NCBI RefSeq assembly: GCF_001194135.2
Contig: NC_068981.1
Span: 157,276,448-157,340,447 of the forward strand
Direction of reading: 5' to 3'
Length of the DNA stretch: 64,000 nt
Source: Octopus bimaculoides
Taxonomy: Eukaryota
The notes under the pieces: generated by a model
What the model saw: only the letters and a program-made list of their open reading frames with translations
What the model was told of the DNA's origin: nothing
Databases searched by the model: none
Shown here: piece after piece, positions 25,642-38,989 of the stretch
Layout of the letters: the number at the start of each line of letters is the position of its first letter
Position numbering within the stretch: the stretch's first letter is position 1
Translations under genes and position numbers: made by a program

Positions 25642-27399
25642 CTGCAAAGAGAAATCAATATGATCATCACCATATGTAACTATTTTTATCTTAGTGAATA
25701 AAAATTTAATCTATTTAGGTTCATAATAATAATGTCTAATATATAAAACAGAGATGTGTGCATATTTACTTTTCATGCGAAAACTGCTTCACCAATTACT
25801 TCCATACTTGTGATGTATGAATAATTTGACCTCGAACATATAATAGGGTCTTCATTTGATTTTTTTTATTTAAAATTATTATTCACATCTTTCAAAGATT
25901 TTAATATTTTTGCTTCCAGTTTTCTAGCATCAGTGATGTAACATACCTCTCTATCTCTTTCTCTCTGTAACATATCTCTCTGTCTATGTCTCTTGTTTTC
26001 ACTTGTCTAAGTTTTGAATCACTATTTACAAACAAATGATGATAAATTACTGAAAGAAGTTCACAATTACTGATGTAAGTAATTTCATAATTTACTGACA
26101 GAAGTATCTGCATAAATTTCACTTCAATCCATATGTCATGTGTTTTTCTGTCATTGACGGTTTCTTTCTGGTTCCTTTGCTAATGGCTCCTTGGTTCACT
26201 GAGTGACAAATTTCACTTCAACCCATACAATACTTTATTTTCCATTAAAATTTCTTATTTACTTTCTGCCCATCGTATTAAGAAACATAATTTCCGTTAC
26301 CAAGTTATTTTCATTGTTTACTATCTTCTGCACTCATGTATTTCTGTATACATATATAACCATACGTAGAAGGAAAGTGTCAAATTTGTTGACATAACTA
26401 CAGATTTCTGCCCCCCACCCCACAAATTTTGATGATTATAACATTCAGAAAAATGGATATTTTTTAATAAAATTTGCTACGAATATGTGTTATATCATGT
26501 CCATTTGGAATATATAAAATTTGGGAGAGGGGGTGGGGAATTTCTGAAAATTCACCGGAGTCTACTTCAATTCGTCTTAACTTTCAAGAAAATGGATATT
26601 ATTTAATGAAATTCTCTACAAATATACCTTGGAATATTATTACATTAGCAACTTTTAGTATTGACATAAAAACGGCGAAGTCTCCCCTGTATAATTTCTA
26701 TGTTTTCATTTCAAGTTTTAATTTGCAATTTGTAAACAACTACCATAAATTACTGAAAGAAATATTTACTAAGTTCACAGATTTAAATATTCCATAAAAG
26801 ATAGTTTTCAATGTGCTTTTATTTATACGATTTTTTCATTCCATATCCACCTCATTCATTGTTTGCAATGTTCTCTCTCTCTCTCACACACACACACACT
26901 CCAGGTTTGATTTCTTTATTACACAAATATCAAGTTTAAATTTTGCAATTCAACATGGGGCGTCCAAAAAATATGAGCATTAATTCATTAATTTACGTAA
27001 ATTTTTTTATTTCTTTTCTTTTCTGTGCTCTGTTCAGCTCTATGTATTTATAAGTCACACACACACACGTTTTTGTAGGTACGTTTGTATACATTTATGC
27101 ATGGTGTGTGTCTGTGTGTGAGTGAGTGAAGAAGCGTGTTGTCATGTATTTGTACATACATAAATACATATGTATACATCTTTTTTGTATGTATATGTGT
27201 GTGTGTGAGTGAGAGAGAGAGAGAGAGAGTGATGTCTAAGTGGCACTCTCTCTCTCTCACACAAGATGTATGCCTATTTCTTTATGTATATACATATACA
27301 TGACGACACACCCCTTCACTCACTGTCTGTCTGTCTCTCTCACACACGTCTATTTCATCTGATGTTCGATACTGTATATGAATCTGTTTGTGGGTGTGC

Positions 27400-28928
27400 A
27401 GTATTCCACAATCGTTTGAAAAAAGCAGAGGAATTCTTTTTCTTGATGCTCCTGGTGACACAGGTAAAACATTTGTAACATTGCTTCTGTCCAAAGGCAA
27501 CAAAAATAAAAAAAATTGCAGTTGCTGTACCATTGTATGGCTTTGCTGTCACCATTCTCCCAGGAGGACGAACAGCTCATTCTGCTTTTAAATCACCACT
27601 AAACCTAGTCACAGGTGACAGTCTAATTTGTAACATAAGCTATGATTCAGGTTCAGCAGAAGTGTTGTGCTAATGCCACCTTATCATTTGGGATGGATGC
27701 ACCATGTCACATAGAGGTGCAATGGAAGCTCTTGATAAGACCTTACAGGACATCAGAGGCAACAATAAATTTATGGGAGGAGTTACATTAATTTCATCAG
27801 GAGACTTCAGACAGACATTACCAGTCATTCTGAGATAAACAACATCTGATGAAATAAAAGCATGCATTAAGTCTTCACACCTATGGAATAAAGTACTGAA
27901 ATTCTCCTTCAATACTAACGTGCGAGCTTCATTACATGGGGACCAATGTGCAAAGCAGTTTTCAACCTGGCTCCTATAATTAGGAAATGGGAAAATATCA
28001 TTTGATGGGAATGATGATATCAGTTTAGCTCATATTGCTATCACGGTGAATTCCCCAGCTGAATTGAAGAAAAGCATATTGCCAGACTTAAGTAATAATC
28101 ATAATTCACAGAAATGGTTGTGTGAAAGGGCAATTCTTACTCCAAAAAATGAGACAGTAGCCAGAATTAACCATGAATTAATGGATAAAATTTCAACAGT
28201 CATTAATGAGTACAAATCAGTTGATTCAGTCCTTCATGAAAATCAAGCTGTTCATTACCCAACAAAGTTCTTTAATTCTCTTGAGCCACCTGGAATTCCT
28301 CTACATAAACTTTTTCTGAAGAAATTTAGATCCTCCTAAATTATGCAATGGGCAAGGTTGTGAAGACATTATCACCTAATGTGACAGAAGCTCCCATCAT
28401 CACTGGATGTGCCTCTGGGGAAGCGGTTTCCATTCCAAGAATTCTAATCAAACCAACAGATATGCCCTTTCAGTTCAAACGAACACAATTCCCAGTGTGA
28501 CTTTGCTTTGCAATGTCTATCAATAAAACTCAAGGTCAGTCTTTGAAATCTACTGGCTTGCTTTTCTCATGGTCATCTTTATTGGTTGCTCCAGGGTAGG
28601 TAGTTTGCAAGACTTATTTGTCTATGCTCCAAACCAGAAAACAAAGAATGTTGTTTACCCAGAAGCTATACATAATTTCCTTCAACATATGTGGTAGAAT
28701 TTATCTCCTTTCATAAAAGTGGTAAATTTTATATTTTCGTTTATTATTATTATTATTATTTTGTATTACGAATTCAGAATTGATTTCCCAATTAAAGAAT
28801 AAATTGTATCCCAATTGAAAAATAAATTGAATTTAGAATAACAAATTTCTATACAACATGTTTTGCTTTTTTCTTCTAATATGTAAGGAAAAGTTTCATT
28901 CCCGGGCAATGTTGGGTGCCTCTGCTAG
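27400..28928 (+). mobile_element. Decayed Helitron helicase plus 3' terminus
   Basis: FLDAPGDTGKTF, SGDFRQTLPV, ERAILTPKN and FAMSINKTQGQSL motifs with frameshifts and stops; 3' CCCGG-GCAATG-TTGGG (CpG-decayed hairpin) and CTAG|T at 28925-28928. Left end unclear. Confidence 0.88.
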
Positions 28929-29261
28929 TTGATCTAAATGAGAGAACTTATATGTGATTCTCCTACCCCACTGCTAATAATAAGCTACCATTTTCTTCAG
29001 TCTCATTTCATTATATCGTATTTGTTTTCTTCACAGGCTTGGATGAGTTTGAATGGCTATGGCTGTTACTACAGCAACTGTATGATACATGAAATGCCAG
29101 GCATATAACACAGATATGATAGCATTAAGTAATTACATTATGTACTGCAATATGTCAACAATAATGTCATTGGTTATAGGTTTCCAGTAGATCAATCAGT
29201 GCTACTTTAGTGTATGGTCTACCACAGTATCCATAGTTCATGCTGTGAAATGACCTAATCT

Positions 29262-29369
29262 GGGTTGGGATTAAGGTTAGGGTTTAGAGTTAGGGTTAGG
29301 TTTTAGGGTTTATGGTTAAGGTTAGCATTAGAGTTAGGAGTTAGAATTAAGAGTTAGTATTTGGGTTAA
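29262..29369 (+). repeat. Degenerate interstitial telomere-like (TTAGGG)n tract
   Basis: GGTTAGGGTTTAGAGTTAGGGTTAGGTTTTAGGG... decaying toward the right. Confidence 0.7.
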
Positions 29370-30282
29370 ACTGTATGCTTAAGTGGCGCCAACTAATCAT
29401 TGCTTCACAGCATACCTGATGGTAAGTGAGCAAAGGGAGTATCTATACCCTCAGCACAGAACAGATATCTAAATAGGCTTTGTTTGCACAGTGCTGTTTT
29501 TTTTTTTTGGTATACTCACACACATTCCAAGGTCTTTGCATAATTTATGTTTAATGAATTCCATTAATATAGCAGTAGTCAACTTGAGACTACATTAAAA
29601 GACTTGTCTAAAGTATTTCACAGTGGTATTGAACCTGAAACCATATGGTTAAGAATTGAGCTTCTTAAAAACAGTCATGCCTGTTTAGAGATGTAGTAAT
29701 TCAAGATAAATACTATTCATGTGCATTAAAGATATTGTTTCTGGTGTTGTTTAGGTCCAGGTCAATCTATCCATAACTACCCTGTCTTTTCCTACATGCA
29801 GTAAACCCAGGATTACATTATCTATATCTTATTCTAAGACAGTGGGGTGTGATTTGAGGGCTATTTAGCTGCTTTTTCTAGCAGATCAAGCAACCACAAA
29901 GAGTCTCTCTCATGTAGTGTATACATGTACAGAGATATGGAAAAATCTGTGTGAAGGGAAGAATGTACTTTCAACAGCAGGGGTGTATGTGTGAGTGCAT
30001 ATGTTGTGCATGTATCTGTCTAATGTACTATCATAACTAACTAAAGAAGTGTAATAATTACATAGACATTACTATGTTTTTAATTTTTCATCTATAAAGG
30101 AGGCACAGTGACCATAGCTTTTACAGCTTTAGTAGATTTGAAATAAAGATAACTGTGGGAGTATTGAAAGTGTAACAACAACGTCTGCTTAAATTTACAT
30201 CAGCTAGGTTAGCAGGAAAAAAAAAAAGATGGATTTGATGAGGAGATGGAAAAAGAGTGTATGTATTTATAACCAAACTCAC

Positions 30283-30509
30283 CTGGAATATACTGGCTTC
30301 CCAGCTTCACTAAGTATGAAAACATGTTTTTTGTGATGGCGCCAAGCTGGGTGATTGACATCTTCACCATCACTGATGGTATCTGCTGACATGCGCATCC
30401 AGTTTGGTCCAGCACTACCCCCTGCATTGCTATCTGAAGACAAATTCATTTCTTCAATATTACTGATCACTTCTGCAGGTACACTTGTTTCCTGGGATTC
30501 AGGTTCTTC
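30283..30509 (-). CDS. MON1: MON1 exon 2
   Basis: TTTTGCAG|GAA acceptor; encodes [22 protein letters not shown] (hallmark start of MON1 longin domain 1); AG|GTGAGT donor, phase 2. Confidence 0.95.
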
Positions 30510-30623
30510 CTGCAAAAAACCATGGTATTGCATGCAATTAACAATTAAGGCAAGATAGAGACAGTGACATACACAAAGTCACTCATGATATTCTGATAGG
30601 GCTGAAGATATACGATACTCATT

Positions 30624-31008
30624 TTCATTTACTTGTTTCAGTCATTTGACTGTGGCCATGCTGGAGCACTGCCTTTAGTCGAGCAAATCGACCCCAGGAC
30701 TTATTCTTTGTAAGCCTAGTACTTATTCTATCGGTCACTTTTTGCCGAACCACTAAGCTATGGGGACATAAACACACCAGCATCGGTTGTCAAGCGATGG
30801 TGGGGGACAAACACAGATACACAAACATATATATATACATATATACGACAGGCTTCTTTCAGTTTCCATCTACCAAATCCACTCACAAGGCTTTGGTTGG
30901 CCCGAGGCTATAGTAGAAGACATTAGCCCAAAGTGCCACACAGTGGGACTGAACCCGGGACCATGTGGTTGGTAAGCAAGCTACTTACCACATAGCCACT
31001 CCTGCGCC
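30624..31008 (-). mobile_element. tRNA-derived SINE family C (OK-like); other copies 11065-11395, 14612-15030, 19993-20140 + 21990-22135, 22225-22450, 46282-46450
   Basis: Shared AGGAGTGGCT...GGTAAGTAGCTTGCTT head, CCAAAGCCTTGTGAGTGGATTTGG body, internal (GT)n and GACTGAAACAAGTAAA end. Confidence 0.8.
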
Positions 31009-33361
31009 TAATGAATATAACAGTCTTGAAAGAGCCACTTAATATAAAATAAATAATATACCCTCTACTTGATGTATTGAGGACTTACTTTAAATGAAGT
31101 TCCTTCCATTCTAATAGAATCACCAACTACACACACACACACACAAACACACACTTACATGGCCATATGGTTCAGGAGTTTTCTTTAGAACCACATGATT
31201 GGGGGTTCATCCTCACTGGGTTGGCTGCTGGGCAGTGTTGTCTACTATATCTGCAAGCTGACCATTGCTTTGTGAGGGAAACTGGTAGAAGCCCATTGTA
31301 TGCATTTGTGAGTAAGTGGGTTCCCACTACACAGTTTCCATCTGTCAAGTTCACAAGGTATAACTTCAGGCAATAATAGAAGATACTTGCTCAAGAGATG
31401 AGTAGGTGGCTTTATGCCAGGTGCTGAAGGCTGAAGTATGATAGACGACCAAGCACAGGTGTTTTGCTATAGAGAAGATACACGGTCATCATGCATTATA
31501 TGAGAGTAAGTGAGAGTAGCTGGAAGGAAGATAAAGATGGTGGTGATAGGATACCAGAGTGTATGTACACTCAAAGTACAAGAAGGTGAGTATAGAAACT
31601 GGATAAGCAAGGGAGGAAAGGGCGGGTAATTTCGTAAGAGAAAGGGAAGGGAGTGACATATGGTTAGAAATAGGACTAGAGGTGGATGTAATGAGAGATG
31701 ATAATAAATATCAGAATGGAGGGGAGAGGTGAGAGAGATAGAAGTGGCTCAGGATGGAGGAAGCAACAGGTGACAGCACAGGATGGCAGGAGAACTGCAG
31801 TGTCATAATCCTGTTGATAGATCAGAGAGTAAGAAGATGGTGTGCAGGTTGTGAGACTGAGGTGTCCAAGGTGGGACTGAACCTGAAATTGCATGGTTGG
31901 GAGGTAAACTTCTCTTAATCACACAACAGGGAATATATTTATATATATATTTATATATATATAAATATTAACAAGAAATAATTATGCAGCAAAGAAAACC
32001 AATATTAGTCAATGATTAATAGAATTTTAATTATACTACCAAGTATGGGAAACAACTCAGGACATGATTCAGTCTTATTATGACCTCATCAACAAAGCAT
32101 ATACTTTGTTGTATTTGCAGAGATAGTGATGGCAGAATCACTATGTAAGTACCCAATAATGTAAGTATATTGGAAAGCATAGAAAAATAGAATTATTTAG
32201 CGAATAAAAGTTGTTAGCTGGATGCCACGACGATTAGAACATGAAGTAATGATCATTTCAAAAATTAATCATTCTGTTAGTTATCCAAAACAGTAGCAAG
32301 TTCAAAAAGGCAACAAGAGGAACTCGACAAATGGAAGTTTTTAAAGTTTCAGTGATTAAAATACATTGCACTTTGCATCACATCCACTTCGTAGCAAGGC
32401 AGAGTTAATTAGTTTCCTTGTATAATAAACTACTTTTAAACAACAAGGAAATGGCTATGTGGTCACTTTCCCTGCTAGAAATAGCAGCCAAATCTATCTT
32501 AAATTACACTCTAGCATGATCTCTAGAGATAGTAGACAGTTTTTGTTACCTAGTTGAAGTGACCAAGTTAATAGTAATGTAGTGAACGTATGGTAACCAG
32601 AATAGGAACAGGCTTGAAAAAGTTCAAGGAGCTACTGCTGCTGTTAATAGCAAAAGTTTTCTCTCTCAGAATGAAAGGCAAGCTGAATGGTGTCTGTGTA
32701 TGAAGCCCTGTCAATTTTCCCGCTTCTATGCCCTTTTTTATTCATCTTCTTGGACACCAATATGAAGTAACCACAAATATCTCCCACAGCAAATGTATCT
32801 TTACTCCTCCCATCATACATTAACCTCTCAACACCTCACATACAGTAACCACTGTCTATTCCCCTCTCAGAGAAAGGGGTTTTTTAGTCTTACAAGTTAC
32901 AAGGCAATCTCACTAGTATTGGTGTCATTAAAAAAAGTGCCCAGTACCTGTTAACTAGGTGATGTTTGGAAAGGTATTCAGCCATAGAAACCATCGCATA
33001 CACACATACATACATACATAGATGATGATGATAATCCTTTCTACTATAGGCACAAGGTTTGAAACTTTGGGGGAGGGAGTTAGTCGATAACACCGACCTC
33101 AGTGCTCAACTAGTACTTATTTTATAGACCCTGAAAGGATGAAAGGGTTCTTTCGATTATAGGCCCAGGGCCTGAAATTTTGTGACGAGGGGGCTAATCA
33201 ATTACATCGACTCCAGTGTTTGACTGGTACTTATTTAATCAGCCCCAAAAGGATAACAGGCGAAGTCGACCTGGGCAGAATTTGTAGTCAGAACGTAATG
33301 ACAAATGGAATGCCACTAAACATTTTACCTGGTGTGCTAACAATTCTGCAGCTCATCTCCT

Positions 33362-33363
<2 letters not shown>

Positions 33364-33395
<32 letters not shown>

Positions 33396-33492
33396 TAATA
33401 ATAATAAACATAATAATAATAATAATAATAAACATAATAATAATAAAAATAATAATAATAAAAATAATAATAAAAATAATAATAATAATAAT
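33364..33492. repeat. Interrupted (AAT)n microsatellite between two family D SINEs
   Basis: Read directly from the sequence. Confidence 0.95.
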
Positions 33493-35015
33493 GGCATCAA
33501 ATTTTGGCATAAGACCAGCAATTTCAAAGGAGGGGATAAGTTGATTATATCGGCCTCAACATTTAACTGATACTTTATTGATCCCAAAAGGATGGAAGGC
33601 AAAGTCAACCCTGGTGGTATTTGAACTCAGAATGTAAAGACAGACAAAATGCTGCTAAGCATATTGTTCAGCATGTTAACAATTCTTCATTAGTTTTACT
33701 TTGGATATTAAGAGTTTGTTATATTTTCTGTATATAAAAAAAGAAAAAAATCTTTCATAAAATTCTGTGTCCTTAAAATATTTTCTTAAGGAAAAAAGAA
33801 AAAAACAAAAGAAGTAAAAGAAGAAATGAATTCTAAGAAACTCTGCTGAAAGGTTCTAAGAACAAGTGCAGTAATAAAACATTTGAAACAAAAGAAGTTA
33901 TATGGCTTACTTAAATATATCTACAACTGGATAGGACTAGACTGTTTTGAAATAGTATTTTGAGGCATAACAGAGTATATTGGGCATATTTGAACACAAT
34001 GTTTTATAAATTATATATTTATAAATTATATTTCACATGTATAAATATTCACTTAATGCATTGAATACATTAAGCAGATGTAATGTAGAAGATGATAAGA
34101 CTGTATTAGTAGCATTGCCTGACTATAACATCTCAGTGGAAGTTAGTTACTGAATGCAGGCTAAAGAACAAGTGTATAAACAGAACTTCTTCACCATAAA
34201 CACTGGTGTTGTTAGATGCCAGCTGATGATGATGACAAAGAGGTTCTCCTTGATTTAAAATTCATAAATATCAATTTATCCCTTTTCTAAAGAATAAAAT
34301 TTAGCACAAAGAAGTTAAGTTACTTACATATCCTAGTAACTGGATAAGCGCATTACACAACATTGTTTAACCAGTGAAGGAATGCCTCTGGCAATGTGAG
34401 ATAAGTGTTTTTTACTTTTTGTTTTTCTCTCTCTCTTTTTTATTTTACTAAAGAGTTAAAGTGGTCCAGATACACGATGCTGTTGAAAGGTTCTCGCAGA
34501 GTAAAGTTAAACTCAGCTAGGTACATAGCTATATAATTAAAAACATAATTGTTTTATGGACCAAGAAGTAGAGAAAACATCGACGCTTTTGTCATTCAAC
34601 AAAGTAGAACAACTTTTAATGATAATGAGGATGATAAGGTATTTCACTTTCTTGATTGCATATCAACCAGGAACTCCAGTAGTCACATAACTGAAGGTCA
34701 CATTCAGTTTGACATGTAATCAGTCGTAGTTGTCAGTTGGGTTGCTTAGTTTCATATAAAGCTCTTCTTCGTACAAATGCGCACACTCACCCCAAAGTTA
34801 ATATAAAAGGCCACTGTTGTTATTGCTTACAAAGAAGTTGTTTTAGTGGGTTAATTATACATGACAGATATAAATTTAAGTGCTTTATGAGTTACCAAGT
34901 ATTTGGACCTTAACATCTATGCTGTTATGAAGGATGTCATTTCAGATTTTGCAATTTTACAAGGATGTCATTTCAGAACTTACAATTATTAACATGCTAA
35001 CTACCATATGTACCA

Positions 35016-35373
35016 GTGGAGGCGCAATGGCCCAGTGGTTAGGGCAGCGAACTCGTGGTCATAGGATCGCGGTTTCAATTCCCAGACTGGGCATTGTGAG
35101 TGTTTATTGAGCGAAAACACCTAAAGCTCCACGAATAGTGATGAACTCTTCCACCACAGCTTTCTCTCACTCTTTCTTCCTGTTTCTGTTGTACCTGTAT
35201 TTCAAAGGGCCAGCCTTGTCACACTGTGTCACGCTAAATATCCCCGAGAACTACGTTAAGGGTACACGTGTCGGTGGAGTGCTCAGCCACTTGCACGTTA
35301 ATTTCACGAGCAGGCTGTTCCGTTGATTGGATCGACTGGAACCCTCAGCGTTGTAAGTGACGGAGTGCCTATG
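35016..35373 (+). mobile_element. SINE family A copy with 12-bp TSD
   Basis: CCATATGTACCA at 35004-35015 and 35374-35385. Confidence 0.88.
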
Positions 35374-36947
35374 CCATATGTACCACCTGTGGTTCATCGC
35401 AAACTTCACAGAACTGCCAGTAACAGATTGTGGTGGTTAACATGTTAAATTCCAACCATATTTTAGTATGTAGAATGATTTATTGCATAGTGGTATAAAT
35501 GAGAGATCTCAGATGTTCACAATTCTATGTATAAATAATATTAATTTCTTTTGAGAAGACCAATATTTTTAGTGGAAAGGGCAGATGATTAATAGAAATG
35601 GTAATGTTATTTAGCCCCTTGTGGGCAATAAAGAAATAAGAAATGGTAATATTAATTGAAATACCTTAGTAACGAGCCTTAACATTTGGAGTTCAAAAAG
35701 GTTGATAAAATAAAGACTGTTTCCCTTCTTTATCAATTCAAGAACTCATGCCAAAATTAGTAACCAATATTTATATCAGTAAGTGTATTGAATTGAATCA
35801 ACCCTAATTTTCTAACTTCTCACATTAGCATAAAGCCTCCCCAAATACCACAATAGATAGTGGTGAATGTTATCTCATAAATGATAGCAGTGGTGACTTG
35901 CTATTTTGCTAACCAGAATGTCAAACGTCACTATCTCTCTCATTAACCTTGCAGGATAGCAAATGTTACTGCTATTTCAACTCATTAGCGTAGCATCCAA
36001 ACATGTAAAAACCAACACTAAGAGCAATCCTCTACACGTCACTTGACCAGCCAGAAATATCTGCTAAATTTCCCTCAAAAACATCTCACTGACATATAAA
36101 GGATATGTTAGATAATTTAATCACATATATATATTATGTATGAAAACAAACTGGATGGAATGTTTTGGACCAGAAGTCAATTAAATCAGAAGTGACTTTA
36201 GGTGAAACAATAATATATCAAGGTAGTGAATTTTATTTATTCTTACTTCTTAAAGCAAACAACATAAAAGGTGATGAATTAAGAAGATAAACTTAAAAAA
36301 AATATGGTAATCATTCAGAAAACAATGTTTATTACTTGCTTTTATTTGTTAATTCCATTATCAACTGCAAACTATGGACAAAAATCTATAGTGATTTGCT
36401 AAAAATGGCCAAATCTCCTCAAACAAACACTGTTAACATAAGAGAATTTTACAATGCTTTCTAGTGCAAGCCAAGTGATAACAAGTTGAGCAAGCAGTAA
36501 CGTTTGTTAGTCTCTATAATTAATGAGATGCAAAGTAACATTCAACATCCTTTTTAATTAAGAAGATATGTAGTATTCACCGATTTACCAGTTAACTTAA
36601 TAGTAGTACAACGGTTAACTGGAACTATCAGATTCTCTAGGTTAAAAAGGAACATTTGATTTAATACTTGGTTCTTCATTATGCAACAAACTGCATTGTT
36701 TAAGTTCTGTTCTAAAGCTGGAAAATAGTACATAGTTTGGGACACACAAGTACTAGCATAGTACTTGAAGCAGTAGTAACAGAATGAGAGAAGTGAGGTT
36801 GTGCTTAGAGTTGGGGAAGAGATATTAGAATAGTAGCAGAAATATTTAAAGAAGTAACATTAGAGTTGGAAAGTAGAGGTTAATGCAACAGCAATGTAAA
36901 GATTAGGGAGGTGTAATTTCAGTGCTATATGATAGATTAATTGTTAA

Positions 36948-37466
36948 CCCTTTGTGGGCCAGTGGGGTTGGAATTACACAAAAGTCCATTGGGGTTCCCT
37001 TTTATTTTTGCACATTTCCACACTATCCATAAAGTAATATTTGTTTAATCTTGTATATATATGTGTGAGTGCATGATACAGAGCAAGAAATTTAGCACTT
37101 CTTTTTATAGTTTTATAAACTATACATATACCAATAATATAAAATAAAACAAAATTATTTAGTATATCGATTCATACCAGTACAAATATGAAGAAAATTG
37201 ACTTATAGTTTATCAGAATATCTGAAAAAATAACAGAAAAAAATAATTTCACAGAAGGCCAATGGGGTCCAGTTGGACTCCAACAACCATATTTTATGCT
37301 ATAACATCCATGACTAGAAATTTTAAACTCAAAATTTGTATGTGCATACATAAACTATTAACGATAAAAGTCATGAGATATAAAATCATTTAAATAAAAA
37401 ATGTAAAAGTTGCATAACTTTTAAAATTTGCTGGGTTCCCAAGGGACCCCACTGGCCCATGAAGGG
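36948..37466. mobile_element. piggyBac-type MITE (519 bp)
   Basis: TTAA|CCCTTTGTGGGCCAGTGGGGT ... ACCCCACTGGCCCATGAAGGG|TTAA. Confidence 0.85.
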
Positions 37467-37589
37467 TTAATTATTTAGTGCATTGAGATTAACTTCCTAT
37501 TCTTTAGAGACAGCAAATTGCAAAATTCTACTGTCCATGCCTTTTCCAAGAGTATTTCCTAGAATATGAATATTAACAACAACAATAAT

Positions 37590-38945
37590 AATTTCTAATT
37601 AGGCACGAGGATAGCAATTTTGATGAGAGGAATTTAGTTGAAAGCATAGTCTGCTTTCCAGTAGACTAGTACTTTACCAGTAGACTAGTACTTTATATCA
37701 TCAACCCTGGAAGGATGCAAGTTGAGCTTGATGGGGATTTAAAATCAAAACATAAAGTGCTAGAAGTACTGCAAGGCATTTAAAAGGATGCTCTAATGTT
37801 TCTGCCAATAATAATTGTTTCTAAAGCAGACACAATGCCTGAGATTTGGGTGGAGAGAGGTCAGTCAATTGAATCAACCCCAGTACTTAACTGATACTTT
37901 CTTTTATTGATCCAGCGGGGGATGAAAGGTAAAGTTGGCCCCAGCAGGATTTGAACTTAGAACTTATAGAGCCAGAACAAATACTGTGTGACATTTCATC
38001 CGACATGCTAACAAGCCTGTCAATCCACTGCTTTAATAATAATAATAATAACAATGGTCTCAAATTTTGTCACAAGGGCAGCAATTTTGAGGAAGGGGTT
38101 AAGTCGATTACATCTTCCCCAGTGTACATCTGGTATTTATTTTATCAACCCCGAAGGGATGAAAGGCAAAGTTGACCTCAATGGAATTTGAACTCAGAAC
38201 ATACCAGCAGACAAAATACCACTAAGCATTTGGTCTGGTGTGCTGATGATTCTGCCAGCTCATGGCCTTAATAATAATGATAATAATAATGATGATGATG
38301 ATGATGATGATTTAAAATTTTTACCCCGAAAGGATGAAAGGCAAAATCGACCTCGATGGAATTCGAACTCAGAACATACAGGCAGATGAAATACCGCTAA
38401 GCATTTCTCCCAGCATGCTAATGATTCTGACAGCTCGCCACTTTAATAATAATAATATTAATAATAATAATAATAATCCTTTCTACTAAAGGCACAAGGC
38501 CTGAAGTTTTGTGGGAGGAAACTAGCAATTACATTCACTCCAGCACTCGACTGGTACTTAATTCATCGACCCTGAAAGGATGAAAGGCAAAGTCAACCTT
38601 GGCAGGATTTGAACTTAGATTGTAGCAACAGACAAAATACCACTAAGCATTTTGCTCGGCATGCTAATGATTCTGCCAGCTTGCTGGTTGATAATAATAA
38701 TGATAATAATAACAATAATAATAATGATAATAATAATAATAATGGTTTCAAATTTTGTCACATAGGCAGCAATTTTGGGGGAGGGGATAAGTCGATTATA
38801 TCAAGCCCAGTGTTCAACTGGTACTTAAGTTGACCTCAGTAGAATTTGAACTCAGGACGTAAAGACAGACAGAATGCCACTAAGCATTTTGACCAGTGTG
38901 CTAATGAGTATGCCAGCTCACTGCCTTAATAACAATAATAATGAT
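37590..38945 (-). repeat. Head-to-tail array of six ~215-bp SINE family D copies separated by (AAT)n/(GAT)n
   Basis: Each unit carries CCCCGAAAGGATGAAAGGCAAAGTTGACC...TTTGAACTCAGAAC...GCTAAGCATTT...CTGCCAGCTC. The central block resembles the MetaSINE domain as recalled. Confidence 0.85.
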
Positions 38946-38989
38946 AAAAGAGAGAGGTTTGGAGACGTCACTATAAAACTTTGCTCAAT

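Noticed and set aside
35016-35090. tRNA genes at SINE heads (also 3130-3204, 21584, 50530-50608)
   Set aside because: They run directly into SINE bodies with tails and TSDs and do not form complete cloverleaves.
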